Of a stretch of DNA of 64,000 bases, positions 37,982 through 49,161 are shown piece by piece. Location of the stretch: positions 1 to 64,000 of the IMG/VR virus record IMGVR_UViG_3300033074_001354. The stretch is one strand, 5' to 3'. The DNA comes from a virus (lineage: Duplodnaviria; Caudoviricetes). The position numbers were made by a program, and so were the translations under genes. Under the pieces are notes generated by a model. It saw only the letters and a list, made by a program, of their open reading frames with translations, did no database searches and was not told the origin of the DNA. Position 1 is the stretch's first letter; the number at the start of each line of letters is the position of its first letter.

Positions 37982-38824
37982 TCATCCCTTCCTCCCTTTG
38001 GTTCCATGTTGTTCTAGGGCTTGTTTGGCCCACATAATAAATAATTCTCCATATTCAGGATCGTGATTAGCAATTCTTTTAAGCGTCTCTTCCAACGCAT
38101 CAGCCCGGTCGCGTTCGGATTGGAGGGTTTTAGATATATTTTTCTCATAGGCAATAAAATCATCCTTATACATAATGAATCCTGATAACCTTTGATAATC
38201 AACAGGTTCCTCCTCGTTATCAATCTTCATTTCAACACATGCGTGTTCAATAAGTATCTCCCTCGCTATCTCTTCGAGTGGTTTCATGCGGCCATCCTTT
38301 GCGTTAACCTCTTCCACGGTTATGATTTTGTTTTCAAGAAGGTGAATGAGCATGGCTGCTCTGGCATCGGCTTCTGTTTTGCAAAGTTCACGCATTACAA
38401 TCCATGTACCATTTATTTTTAGATTTTCCCTATCTAAATATTCACACATCCACTCGTCTTTTGGGCGTGGGTGTATTCCAAAACCTCTTCGGTATATTTG
38501 ATCTTTCTCTTCCTCATACCATTCGAGCCATTCACTAAATCGTTTTTCCCACGGCAACATTTCCCCAAGCTCTGCGACGGTGAAGGCGGAAGCGATTACA
38601 TCACCTGAATGATCTAAGTATCTTCCCAAAGTTATCTTAAATCGGTCTTCGTATTTTTGATGTCTCCCAATAAGGACTTCTCTCCAATAAAACACACTCT
38701 CTTGTCGCACCCCAAGCTTTTTTAACTTTTCTGAAAGCTCTCTATTTGACAATTGATTTTTAAGTTTCATATGCTCACTCTCCCTATTGGTTATCTTTGC
38801 ATGCACAACATTGCCCATAACCAT
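37982..38824 (-). CDS. Hypothetical phage protein
   Basis: ELSEKLKKLGV, SAFTVAELGEMLP, EADARAAMLIHLLENKI; probable start MKLKNQ. Confidence 0.6.
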   Translation of the reverse strand: MVMGNVVHAKITNRESEHMKLKNQLSNRELSEKLKKLGVRQESVFYWREVLIGRHQKYEDRFKITLGRYLDHSGDVIASAFTVAELGEMLPWEKRFSEWLEWYEEEKDQIYRRGFGIHPRPKDEWMCEYLDRENLKINGTWIVMRELCKTEADARAAMLIHLLENKIITVEEVNAKDGRMKPLEEIAREILIEHACVEMKIDNEEEPVDYQRLSGFIMYKDDFIAYEKNISKTLQSERDRADALEETLKRIANHDPEYGELFIMWAKQALEQHGTKGRKG

Positions 38825-41205
38825 TCATGGGCTCACGTTCATTACAAGACCAGCACAACTCTCCCTTAATCTTCTTTTGTTGCGCTTGGATGATGACTTG
38901 GGCGATTACTTTTCCAGTAGAAACTTCTCCGTCATTAATTTTCCTAATAACAAGGCCCTTCTCATGAATCGTATTTTCGATTAACTCGTGAATGTCCACC
39001 GTCGTAAGCAGATTCTCCCTCGGCACTAATTCGCCGGAGAGGATGGCTTGTTTAAGTAACAGTTGACATCTTTTTCTCTCAAGTTTGTGCGGTGCAACAT
39101 GATGAAAAATGTCTGACTTGTCAAGTGCGTATATTGACAACACCCGCTCCACAATCTGATTGATTTCATCGGGGGTCATAGTTTCTCCGTCCAGTGAGAT
39201 TGACACGCAGGGCAAACTTTAATCCCGACACCATTTGACTTCTTAGAAATTTTACTGTCATAAACGCATCCACAATCAGAACAAACGACAAGATTACGCT
39301 TATTCTTTTTCTTTATCCCTTTTGGAGTCATTTGCGCTCGTTTCTTTTTGCATTTCCATATGAGCTAACTTTACGCCATCTGCAATTATCCTAATTTTTC
39401 TTTCTCTTTCTTCTTTGTCTAATCTTTCAGAAATTTCTGCCCAACAAATCGAGCATCCAATCGTGCAGTCAACCTTATTTTTAGGATGTTTTTCACAATA
39501 ATAATAACAACTAAATAAATCGATGAATTCTTCCCAAACTTTTTTAAACCACTTCATCCCTTCCTCGCTTTCCAATTTAGCCTTTAGTAAAATAACTAAT
39601 ACAAAGCAAGATAAATAAATATAAAAGTAAAATCTTGACCAATAATGGAGATGTTGTGAACATCCAGTTAATGAAAGATTTCTGGTAGCCACATCCTTCA
39701 GCGCCATTTTGAAATCCACACATGGTCGTATAAAGAGAAACATGTTTTCCGCATTTGGGACACTTCCAGGAATTCATCTTTTCCTCTTAGGTTTCATTTG
39801 ATCTAGTTTTTTATCAATCACTTAGCACCTTGGGCTCTTTTGTTTCTTGCCCATGATGCAAGTTCTTTATTCGGATTAAGATGCTTTGGACAATCATTGT
39901 CATAGTGCAAACCTGCACGATGCCCACACTCCGCACAAATCAGATTTCCTTGTTCCATGGACATATTTATGCGATTAACTCCAAACTTTCTTTTAGTTAC
40001 TTTACTCATACCCGCCCCTTTTAAGTTATTTTATTCTCTGTGCGTCTGGTGCCTGCCCTGATCTTCTATCACGACGAAGATATTGCCCATCAGCAAAACG
40101 GTAGCTAGACTGCATTCCATAGCTCCCAATAGGTCCTGGAATATTTGATCCCCTAATTGATAGGCGAATGGCCCTTCTCAATACTTTCAAGCATTCAAAG
40201 CATATCCTAGTCTTGGTAGAATATTTCCCTCTAACACCACAATGCTTCTCTATGCTTCTCAACTTCTCAAGAACATGGATGTGACACTTTTTTGAATTAA
40301 ATTGCATGAGAGATATTGGACTAACGTACTTAGTGTCTTGCTTAAACCCACCATTGCTATCAGGACACATAAGACCTCTAACTGAATGCAGAGTCTTAGG
40401 GCTAGAACATAATTCGCATAAACGCACACGCTTAGACATACTCTCTAACAATCCTTATTCTATCTACTTCTGCCCAAACATTTTCTGCTATACGAGATTC
40501 GTATATTGGAGAATTGCCTTTAAACAAAACATAGTTTCTTTCATTAGAAGATTTTATCGTGCAGATTAGAACATTGTATCTATCACCCAATTGCTGCCTA
40601 GCATAACTTCTTAGGTTCTGGCACATACTAGAATCATAAAATGCACAAACATCATTTTCTATCAACATTCTATCTTCTAGCATGTGCCTCTCCCAATTTA
40701 TGCTGCTTTTCCTGGCATTGGATCATACCCGGGAAAAGAATTTGGATTAAATATCTTAGCTCTATCAATAAGATATATCTCACGTTGACGGTACCAACCC
40801 AACTTGTTCATGATACTTTCGAATAGCCCTATTTTACGAAAATTGGGAAGTGTGGGGGCTTTTATCTTTATTAATGACAAATTTGTCATCAACTGCTCAG
40901 CCGTCATCTCTCTAAAAACATCATTCTTTACTTCTGTATTACTAGAAATGATCTTCATACAAACACCTCCTCCATAACTAACTTCAACTCATAGAAACGC
41001 TATCTTGTGTTCACTCATATTAGTCAATCTGCTGCACTCTGTGCGCTCAATGCAATAGCTTATGTGCAAGTCAGATAATTATAAGTGTCTTAAACAAGAA
41101 GGGCATAGGTAAACTTCTAATAGAGGGATATACTTACAGGCAGTATTAAGTCTACAGCAAAAACAAGTACGTCTTATAAAAGACTCAATGTCTTCAATGT
41201 CTTGT

Positions 41206-41742
41206 TTATACACCGATATCACGCACAAAGGATTTCTTCTTATCCTCAATCCAATCCCAACTAACAGGTGCTAGATTAGGCAATTGATCTACACTGACAT
41301 TGATGTACTGAGGATCATCAATTGTGTAGATATGCATATGACCATGAATATTAAACTTGTATCTATATTTTAATTGGTGCGGATGAATTGGTATATGTGT
41401 CAAAACACAATCACCATATGTGAGAGCTCCTACGCATCTATCAACGACAGTCTCATACATCGTAGCAGTATAATAGGTGTCATGATTGCCCATGACAAGA
41501 GTGATTCTACCATTCAATCTCTTAACTGTATCTATAGTTTCTCGTCTAAAGAACAAATCACCCAAATGAAATACTTCATCGCTAGGCTTCACCACAGCAT
41601 TCCAAGCACTTATTAGAGCCTCGTCATGCTCTTCTATGGTTGCAAAAGGCCGACGCCCAACGCTGTACTGCATAATATTTCTATGACCGAAATGCGTATC
41701 ACCTATAAAGAACGTATTACTCATTGATTTAGCATCATCCAA
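41206..41742 (-). CDS. Calcineurin-like metallophosphoesterase
   Basis: GDTHFGH, HLGD, GNHD, THIP, IHGHMH. Confidence 0.88.
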   Translation of the reverse strand: MDDAKSMSNTFFIGDTHFGHRNIMQYSVGRRPFATIEEHDEALISAWNAVVKPSDEVFHLGDLFFRRETIDTVKRLNGRITLVMGNHDTYYTATMYETVVDRCVGALTYGDCVLTHIPIHPHQLKYRYKFNIHGHMHIYTIDDPQYINVSVDQLPNLAPVSWDWIEDKKKSFVRDIGV

Positions 41743-41763
41743 TTTGATAGATATACGTTGCGT

Positions 41764-42219
41764 TCAACTATTATCTAAATTAAAAGGATACTTCTTGGCT
41801 AGTCTGAGCACATCTAAGCAATCCTGCGCAGTAAATCTTCCAACATGACAATCTTCACAACTCTTACCGGTTATCTTACGCAGCCATGCATACACCCTGT
41901 TTCTCATAGACTTCTTATTCCTTGATCCTTTCACGCACTTCCAATATCTATCAATTTCTGCATGTACCAACAATCTCAACGCCTTAGTCTTTGAATCTGC
42001 TATTACTCCCAATGGCTTTCCATTAGCATGACATCCAACTGAACCTCTGCATACTGGAAATCTCTCGCATATCCAAGCAAGACCATTTCCATATTCTATA
42101 TAATTATACAGGATAGAATTACTGCACAATTTTGCTCGTGATCCACAAAAACATCTGACATCCAAAGAACTATGTATGTCAGCAAGCATTTTAATGACTT
42201 TATTTTTAACCATGATCAA
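41764..42219 (-). CDS. DUF3268-like zinc-finger protein
   Basis: CFCG...WIC..FPVC...VGCH..PLG...R..VH...W...CHVGRF. Confidence 0.65.
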   Translation of the reverse strand: MIMVKNKVIKMLADIHSSLDVRCFCGSRAKLCSNSILYNYIEYGNGLAWICERFPVCRGSVGCHANGKPLGVIADSKTKALRLLVHAEIDRYWKCVKGSRNKKSMRNRVYAWLRKITGKSCEDCHVGRFTAQDCLDVLRLAKKYPFNLDNS

Positions 42220-42419
42220 TGCGAATTAAACTCCGTAAGATACTCTTCATAACATCTGTTTAATTTATCATCAGATATGTAAAATGGATCTCCAATGCAC
42301 ACAGATTGATTTTCTTGCAAATACCCCTTCTCAATCATCCAAGCAAGAAAGCTAAAAATTGTCTGACCTTCTCGCATATATTTTGGTTTATTAGTTAACA
42401 TTACATTACCCCTATCCAA
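42216..42419 (-). CDS. Hypothetical protein
   Basis: REGQTIF...DPFYISDD motif. Confidence 0.55.
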   Translation of the reverse strand: MDRGNVMLTNKPKYMREGQTIFSFLAWMIEKGYLQENQSVCIGDPFYISDDKLNRCYEEYLTEFNSH

Positions 42420-42448
42420 CGTGCAGAAACATTGAACGGCACTAAAGC

Positions 42449-42709
42449 CTAGAAATAGTTATCAATAATATTCTGAACAGTAATCTGTGCTGATACACCT
42501 AATGCTTGTATGTCCTCTAAAGAGACAGGCTGTCTTGCGGAATTTATTGCTGTCCAACGTCTGATTCCATCATCATCTTGTATCAAAATCATACAGCTGA
42601 CAGCTATGGCTTGACCACCCAGTTGAGAAGCGAATGCATTTAGAGTACTATCTATGTGCTGCTGAACCATCTCATTAGGTATGCAATAATCTCTATTAGG
42701 GCTTTTCAC
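42449..42709 (-). CDS. Hypothetical protein
   Basis: Coupled ORF. Confidence 0.55.
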   Translation of the reverse strand: MKSPNRDYCIPNEMVQQHIDSTLNAFASQLGGQAIAVSCMILIQDDDGIRRWTAINSARQPVSLEDIQALGVSAQITVQNIIDNYF

Positions 42710-43443
42710 AGCTTGATCTTTCCGTCCAATTTACCTGTCCCTTCTTCAGCTACAACTTTAGCCATCTCGCTGAAAGAAAGATCACAAAATTCATCATCCC
42801 ATTCGTCTACAAAATATAGACGAGTGCTGCCATTAATAATACCGAATAACACCGGATCACGCATTTTAGCTTTTTCTTGTGAATCCATCTTCTTAAGATC
42901 CTTTTGTGCGTCGTTATAATAGTGATAAATAATAAATCCATCAAACACATCCTGAACCTTCTTTTTATTCTCTATCACTCTCTTAGGAATGACACGAGTA
43001 TAGTCCTCAAACATAGTATCTGAGATATGTCCATCTCGCAGCTTATGCTTGTACTTATGCAAAACATCACGATCAATAAATTTCTTAATTCCTTTAGCAT
43101 AAACCAACGACTCACGCCAAGCAAGACTAAAACTATCTAAAAACTTTTTAGCTAATACATCCTGACCATTTTCAGTTGCTTGCTCAAATGCTTTTTCCAA
43201 ATCCTTAAGACTCTTCTTCAACTTGGCTTCCTGAAGATAACTAAACTTTGACTTCACATACTTAAAATAAAGGATGGGATTAATGCCATTTTTGCCCTTA
43301 CCAGGAGAATCCATTTTGCTAGAATCTGTCAAATATTGTATACTCCAACTTGCTCCAGCTGTCTCACCAGTAGCTGAACCATTCATTACATAACGCACTA
43401 CACTATTGTCTTGAGAAGCTACAGAATTATGGTTTTCATTCAT
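42706..43443 (-). CDS. Conserved large-phage hypothetical protein
   Basis: DYTRVIP...RDPVLFG...RLYFVDEWDDEFCDL. Confidence 0.65.
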   Translation of the reverse strand: MNENHNSVASQDNSVVRYVMNGSATGETAGASWSIQYLTDSSKMDSPGKGKNGINPILYFKYVKSKFSYLQEAKLKKSLKDLEKAFEQATENGQDVLAKKFLDSFSLAWRESLVYAKGIKKFIDRDVLHKYKHKLRDGHISDTMFEDYTRVIPKRVIENKKKVQDVFDGFIIYHYYNDAQKDLKKMDSQEKAKMRDPVLFGIINGSTRLYFVDEWDDEFCDLSFSEMAKVVAEEGTGKLDGKIKL

Positions 43444-43593
43444 TTTTATCTCCTAGTGTAATACTGCCTACTTAGCACAGAATGAGCATCACGACCATGA
43501 CCATCTGAATCATCATACTTTGGAAAATAGAATTCTACGAAATAAATGAGATCTCCATACAAAGTATAGTATGCATTCTCTTCATGAAAAGGT

Positions 43594-44178
43594 CTAGGTG
43601 GCTGGTACTGTAACAGTGTCTTTAGATTCCGCATCTTCCATCCCGTCAGAAATTAACTTTCCATCAAGGTGATCAATTTCATGCTGTATCACCACAGCGA
43701 GATCCCTCTTAAAAGTATTTCTTACAATATCCCACTTACCATTAACCTTATCGATGTACTCAACATCAATAATCTGATGACGTTCGATACGTGCCATTTT
43801 CTTGGGGCATGACAAACAGCCTTCCCAATCATATGTCACAGTCTTGCCACGACTAACGATAACTGGGTTAATGAGCATAAGGAACTCTCTGTCAACAGCA
43901 TTACGCATAACAATAATGATGCGACGATCGACGCCAACTTGATTAGCTGCCAATCCCACACCCTTTCGGTATGTTGCTTTATGCATCTCGATAGCCAGCT
44001 CCATACAATCATCATACTCATCAGGTGTAACTGGTTGACACACCTTCTTTAGCATGTATCCTAACTTATGGTCAAGAGTCAGTATCTCTAGGATCTTCTC
44101 CTCATGCTCATCTGATTGGACCGGAACTTCAGTTGTGTCATTCACAGCATTACCCTCTTTAGTCATTTTATTCTCCAA
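43594..44178 (-). CDS. def: Peptide deformylase
   Basis: All three PDF motifs: GVGLAANQVG, EGCLS, QHEIDHLDG. Confidence 0.95.
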   Translation of the reverse strand: MENKMTKEGNAVNDTTEVPVQSDEHEEKILEILTLDHKLGYMLKKVCQPVTPDEYDDCMELAIEMHKATYRKGVGLAANQVGVDRRIIIVMRNAVDREFLMLINPVIVSRGKTVTYDWEGCLSCPKKMARIERHQIIDVEYIDKVNGKWDIVRNTFKRDLAVVIQHEIDHLDGKLISDGMEDAESKDTVTVPAT

Positions 44179-44209
44179 CTTAATTGAACTTGGTTATACA
44201 TTGCATAGT

Positions 44210-44602
44210 TTATTCTAACACGAAGCTTAGATCGGGTGGCGAAAAGTGCTCGGGTTTCAACAATTTGCCATTGGCATCATACTTAGGCTCTTCACCTGTC
44301 ATTGGCACCTTAGTCATATTGGATTTGTATATCTCACGAAATACAGGTTCAATGTCTATGCCAAATGCACAAGCTGCACCGAAAGCAACAAATAGTATAT
44401 CCCCAATAGCGTCAGCAACTTCGATCAAATCTTTATTGACTATAGCTTGCTCTAGTTCCAGTAATTCTTCTTTTATCAAAGCAACCCGCAATTTGCAGTT
44501 TGAATCACTAGGATATCCTATAGTGTCTCGATTGAGATCAGGCCGTCCCATCGCCTTATGCCAGTCATACACCATTTTCTGTTGCTCAAGCATGAGACAC
44601 AC
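44210..44602 (-). CDS. MazG-like/PRA-PH all-alpha NTP pyrophosphatase
   Basis: LIKEELLEL, EVADAIGDILFV, SNMTK, GKLLKP. Confidence 0.88.
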   Translation of the reverse strand: MCLMLEQQKMVYDWHKAMGRPDLNRDTIGYPSDSNCKLRVALIKEELLELEQAIVNKDLIEVADAIGDILFVAFGAACAFGIDIEPVFREIYKSNMTKVPMTGEEPKYDANGKLLKPEHFSPPDLSFVLE

Positions 44603-45359
44603 TTTCTCGCATCAGTGGTGGGGAACACCCATACAAACATTCTGCTTTATTTGCTAACATATTTAATGGAGGTATCTCAAGCACACCAAATTTGCGGACC
44701 ACAGTACTTTCGAACTTATCAGTAATAATATCTAACTTTTTATTCTCTATATACGTTCCACGCTTAAACATAGTAGGATAATTGTCCCAATCTATGCCTT
44801 TGTGAAGCAGCATATGATATAGCTGCGAAATATCCTTATTGTCGCACTGTTTGTGTGAGTAAACAGATCTAGCTGCCATCTGAACACTATTTCTAATAGC
44901 ATCCTGCTCTCGCCACAAGAATACATTAACGGCCTCAGCCAAAGTCGGCACGTTCCAAACACGACAATCAAACAAAGGGAAACTCCCGTTCTTCTCCGGG
45001 ATTAGCTCTCTAATAAGCACTTGGAATTGAACAGATGCGTATGCAGCTATCAGGGAATTAAGCTTGTTAACTTTGCCACCAAACACCATTTCAGTCCTGT
45101 AGTCTGTAATATTCCAGCTTAAAGTAATCTCGTCAGATTGGGTGTATCCAATGACAGCATTAAACTCCTTCACCAATGCCTCAGTAAGCATAGTCATACA
45201 TTTTGACAATCTTTTATCATATGGAACTTCCAGACCTTTTGTGAATGCATGAAAGTTCTTGCCATCAATACGAGCAAATGCTGGGATCAAAGGCATAAGA
45301 GAGTCGCTATACCTTTTCTCATACATTTTCATCCTATCGCCTAATGAATCATTTCCCAT
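44586..45359 (-). CDS. tRNA-His guanylyltransferase Thg1 / Thg1-like protein
   Basis: RMKMYE, RIDGKNFH, YTQSDEI, FDCR, WREQDAIRNS. Confidence 0.92.
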   Translation of the reverse strand: MGNDSLGDRMKMYEKRYSDSLMPLIPAFARIDGKNFHAFTKGLEVPYDKRLSKCMTMLTEALVKEFNAVIGYTQSDEITLSWNITDYRTEMVFGGKVNKLNSLIAAYASVQFQVLIRELIPEKNGSFPLFDCRVWNVPTLAEAVNVFLWREQDAIRNSVQMAARSVYSHKQCDNKDISQLYHMLLHKGIDWDNYPTMFKRGTYIENKKLDIITDKFESTVVRKFGVLEIPPLNMLANKAECLYGCSPPLMRESVSHA

Positions 45360-45368
45360 AGATCTTTC

Positions 45369-45956
45369 TTAGTACGTAGTATTTTGAAAATTAAACATTG
45401 TCACAAAGTAATAACCGTCACGAAGCAGTGACACATACCCAGGTTTCACTACATTTCCTTTATCATCAAACTGAGCACCGAGTTTAACAACTTCTCTCGT
45501 ATCAAATGGTTTGGTTATATAGTGCCAACCGTTTGGCGTCTCTACTCTCATAAACACTTCGACTTGGTTGTTGCCAAGAATATTTTCTACTTCAGAAATC
45601 TTATCTTGATATTTCGTATCAATGTCTAGCATGAATCTCTTTTGGCCATATATGGCAGCAGGATTCATAAGAGCAGTACGCCATTCACTATCGATAACAC
45701 TATTCTTTTCAGGATGGTCTATCATACTATGCATCAATAACTTTGCAGCCTTATGCGGGCAACGAGCATTCACTGTCTTATACACTCTCCATACACCACC
45801 AAACACAGATAGCTTGTGCTTAAGAATCTCTAAATCTAAGTCATAGTCTTTAATGACATGACGCATGCAGTCTGCCTTCATACCGTCCTTGGTGCGAGCT
45901 ACCGCTAGAAATAAATGTAAGCTATCTTGAAGAGTTCTCTTTTCTCTATTGCTCAC
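45369..45956 (-). CDS. Hypothetical protein with AEP (primase-polymerase)-like motifs
   Basis: FMLDID followed by ETPNGWHY. Confidence 0.45.
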   Translation of the reverse strand: MSNREKRTLQDSLHLFLAVARTKDGMKADCMRHVIKDYDLDLEILKHKLSVFGGVWRVYKTVNARCPHKAAKLLMHSMIDHPEKNSVIDSEWRTALMNPAAIYGQKRFMLDIDTKYQDKISEVENILGNNQVEVFMRVETPNGWHYITKPFDTREVVKLGAQFDDKGNVVKPGYVSLLRDGYYFVTMFNFQNTTY

Positions 45957-45987
45957 TTATGCCTGCTTTCGTCGTTAACACAATTGC

Positions 45988-46230
45988 TCATGGGTGCAAA
46001 AATTTATCCAACATTCTTCTAGCACAAACAGAGTTTTCAAGATCATAAGTATCAAAGCCATACATATTCATGAAGGTATCAATCTCAAAGTCCAGATCTT
46101 CATAAATGAATCCATTCTTCTTATCTTGCTGTAACTTCTGCATGATTGATTTGTGCCTGTCATACTTAGCTTTATTAGAGCTCATGCTTCTCCTGATCAG
46201 GAGTATTAATTTTGCCATCATTCCAAGCAA
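45988..46230 (-). CDS. Hypothetical protein
   Basis: Probable start MSSNKAK. Confidence 0.5.
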   Translation of the reverse strand: MLGMMAKLILLIRRSMSSNKAKYDRHKSIMQKLQQDKKNGFIYEDLDFEIDTFMNMYGFDTYDLENSVCARRMLDKFLHP

Positions 46231-46837
46231 AAATTAGGCATTCAACTCCATTGTACACACCAGTAATAACAGAATATCCATGAATACGAATGCTACGAAC
46301 ATGCTTGTCTGGCATACATTGGTAATAAATCTTAAAATTAGTAACACCACGCTTCTCAGCTTCTTTTACTGTCAAGAACGCATCATATGGCATATCATCG
46401 CTATACTCAGACAAGCTGGCACTTGCCACATGGCACTTAGCAAATCCATGGATATATATGCCACCCCATATAAAAATCAACATAGAGAAAAATGATATGC
46501 AAAATGTGACTGCATTGAACTCTGGGTCACCACCGCATGCTAAAATAGCTGAGCTAAAGACAATGGAAACAACCACAGATGCCATTATACTAAAAATTAA
46601 AGCATCTCCCAATTGTTTACTTCCATCAGCGAGTACATGATAGTACCTGTTCTTATCCCACACTATCTTTGTCAAAAACTTTGTTATATCTTTTTGTGCG
46701 ACAGACTTGAAGTTCATAGCAATAATTTCTTTAACAGTCTCTTTAAACTGAGACTCATCAGATTTGGCTCTGATATACCCATTCATGCCAATTTCTTTAG
46801 CAATCTCAAGCTTTTCTTCTTCTTCTCTGTTCATCAA
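46175..46837 (-). CDS. Membrane protein (2 TM)
   Basis: Two central hydrophobic helices. Confidence 0.65.
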   Translation of the reverse strand: MMNREEEEKLEIAKEIGMNGYIRAKSDESQFKETVKEIIAMNFKSVAQKDITKFLTKIVWDKNRYYHVLADGSKQLGDALIFSIMASVVVSIVFSSAILACGGDPEFNAVTFCISFFSMLIFIWGGIYIHGFAKCHVASASLSEYSDDMPYDAFLTVKEAEKRGVTNFKIYYQCMPDKHVRSIRIHGYSVITGVYNGVECLIFAWNDGKINTPDQEKHEL

Positions 46838-46856
46838 TTTAGACCTTTAGTCATAC

Positions 46857-47753
46857 TTAGAAGTTTCCATCTGCAACTTGAAGACACACTAATCCTAAAT
46901 CTCTCCACAATCTAACAACCTGATCCCTGTCATCCAGCACAAAATCAACATAATACTTGTCGCGAACATGCTCATTAAACATATTCAACTTGACAGCACT
47001 GTCCTTTACCCTATCAGACTCTTCCTTCACCGTGCGCATTTTAAACAGGTCTGGGTGTATATCATATTTAGCCAGCCAGTCTAAAGTCTCATAATAAAAT
47101 CTTTCTGATCTGCCAGAAAATATGACGAGATTTGCATCAGCTGGAGAACACGAAGACAAGTAGGATTTAACAATTTTCGCTACCGGAGTGTTAAGCTTAT
47201 CTTTAGAAAAGTCTCTGTCATATGGATTATCACCAAACAGAGCAAGTGTCCCATCCAAATCAACAATGATTGCATGTGGCAAACTGGGATCCTGTTGTAT
47301 TGGCGTACGTTTTGGCTCTATGTACCTCGCATAGAAATTTTTGATGACCGTTTCCCCAACTCCATTAGCCCTCTTATTATCACGTTCAATGCAAGTATTC
47401 AAAGGAACATGCAAAAAATCCTTAAAAGAAATTTCTACCTCAATGTTTGCTTGGTCAGCAATGCTAAGCACAAATGACATCAGATCATTAACATGTTGAG
47501 GGTTTAAATTAGTATCTGAAATTATAACGTTCTTTCCATACAACAATGCCTCTTTTAAGCACTGCTTGTGCATAGCAGTAATGAGATCCTCATCCTTAGG
47601 ATACCAATACTGGCCACGCATATGCCTAATATCATCTCTATTTATCCTGACCCAATCCTTGTTCTTTTCACAAAAGGCTTTGGCCCAATAATCCTTGCCT
47701 GAGCCAGGAATACCTCTAGTAAATATTACTTTTAACACTATTTGATTAGGCAT
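46857..47753 (-). CDS. pseT: Polynucleotide 5'-kinase/3'-phosphatase (T4 PseT-like)
   Basis: RGIPGSGK, RINRDDIR, IVDLDGT (HAD), FSGR, LDDRDQVVRLWR; start placed at MPNQ. Confidence 0.92.
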   Translation of the reverse strand: MPNQIVLKVIFTRGIPGSGKDYWAKAFCEKNKDWVRINRDDIRHMRGQYWYPKDEDLITAMHKQCLKEALLYGKNVIISDTNLNPQHVNDLMSFVLSIADQANIEVEISFKDFLHVPLNTCIERDNKRANGVGETVIKNFYARYIEPKRTPIQQDPSLPHAIIVDLDGTLALFGDNPYDRDFSKDKLNTPVAKIVKSYLSSCSPADANLVIFSGRSERFYYETLDWLAKYDIHPDLFKMRTVKEESDRVKDSAVKLNMFNEHVRDKYYVDFVLDDRDQVVRLWRDLGLVCLQVADGNF

Positions 47754-48855
47754 CTGCATCCACACTAAACGGTTTATAGAATTTTGGTTCAACCATATCC
47801 CACAATCTATCCTCAATAGACAACATGTTCAACACTAATGAAGAAACTCTTTCTCTTGCAGGATCAGCGCTCAAAAATTCACAACGAGATTTGCGATCAG
47901 GCAGTCCCAAGCACTGAAGATAGTATTTATTAGCTTCTTCCCTCAAAAATTGTCTTTGAGATTCCAATTTAGACTTAGTGCTGACAACGAACTGATAAAA
48001 CTCATCAGGAACATTTGTAATGATATCATCAATTGACTGGTTAGATTTCAAAGCCTCCCATATAGACCTATTGCTAACGCCAGTAACAATCTTATGGAGC
48101 CTAGTATACTCTGCATACTTTAGCTTTACACGCAGTCCAGTATCAAATCTTATGACAAAACCCTCGCCACCTTTGTACCTTACCTTATCACGAATATTGT
48201 TAAAATCAAACCCACTATACTGAGCAACTATAGGAAACTCATACTTGTCATGCATCATCTCAATATAATTTCTGCTGAGCTCCACGCCATTGTTGTTGGC
48301 ATAGGCAGCTAGTAACCACAGATCAGAAGCGCCTTTATAATCTACGACAATGCGATTCTCAGGGTATATGATCTCAACAAGAACTGTGACGCCATTGTAT
48401 GGATGCTCATTTAGAAGAGCATAATCTTCACAAAATGCAGGATACATATCATGCAGCATTGCTGTAGCTCTAAGTGCTTGTTCAGAGTTGAAACTGCCAC
48501 GAGTAGCTACGTAAGTCTTTCCTTGCCAACAATAAAGAATACCAAGGCTGCCATCAACCTTCTCGTATACATCAAATGACTTGTATGGAGGCAAAATTCC
48601 AAGTTGACTGTCTTCTCCATATTCCTCTATATTGTGAAACTTGGGAAATGGCCTAGCAACGATATCACCTTCAGAATTAACAATTAGTCCTCTCGCGTAT
48701 CGTAGTTCAGGATATTCATTCCAAGCTTGCGAGAACATCGCTAACGAAGTGTAGTTATACAGCCAAAGATCAAATTCTGGATGCTTGACTTCATCGAGCA
48801 ACTTCTTATACTTTAAAATGGCTCTATTGGGCAGCAAGCTTACAGGTTTTGGCAT
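47746..48855 (-). CDS. RNA ligase 1 (T4 RnlA-like)
   Basis: ARGLI, ARPFPKFHN, YEKVDGSLG (motif I), ATRGSF, EIIYPENRIVV, EGFVI, RVKLKY. Confidence 0.92.
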   Translation of the reverse strand: MPKPVSLLPNRAILKYKKLLDEVKHPEFDLWLYNYTSLAMFSQAWNEYPELRYARGLIVNSEGDIVARPFPKFHNIEEYGEDSQLGILPPYKSFDVYEKVDGSLGILYCWQGKTYVATRGSFNSEQALRATAMLHDMYPAFCEDYALLNEHPYNGVTVLVEIIYPENRIVVDYKGASDLWLLAAYANNNGVELSRNYIEMMHDKYEFPIVAQYSGFDFNNIRDKVRYKGGEGFVIRFDTGLRVKLKYAEYTRLHKIVTGVSNRSIWEALKSNQSIDDIITNVPDEFYQFVVSTKSKLESQRQFLREEANKYYLQCLGLPDRKSRCEFLSADPARERVSSLVLNMLSIEDRLWDMVEPKFYKPFSVDADA

Positions 48856-49154
48856 AGTATGTATAGAATTGTTATGTGAAGAAACTGATCGAACCCAATG
48901 ACAACAAAGAAATCATGAACACGTTGCTCTTTCCACATTCTTGAGGAAACTCTGCTGGTACAGTAATCTATGACCAGATGCGACATGCCGTTTATTAAAG
49001 CGAACGTTAGGCCAAAAGGCAGAAAGAAAACGCTGTATACGAGCACATGGACAAACAACGGCTTCATGTTGTTACTTTTACCCTTTGCCATCCAATCACT
49101 TTGGAAGACAAAGTCTGCTAGCCAGTGTAAGAATAGGATCAAAAGAAATTTCAT
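48840..49154 (-). CDS. DUF3307-like membrane protein
   Basis: HWLADFVFQSDWMA..K, HLVID, GFDQFLH. Confidence 0.8.
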   Translation of the reverse strand: MKFLLILFLHWLADFVFQSDWMAKGKSNNMKPLFVHVLVYSVFFLPFGLTFALINGMSHLVIDYCTSRVSSRMWKEQRVHDFFVVIGFDQFLHITILYILCQNL

Positions 49155-49161
49155 ACAACTG

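Larger units (their letters stand above)
34995..41200 (-). other. Dense array of small, translationally coupled hypothetical phage genes
   Basis: About 20 short minus-strand ORFs (e.g. 35561, 37436, 37827, 38784, 39300, 39577, 39818, 40026, 40432, 40698), many overlapping at stop/start. Confidence 0.75.
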
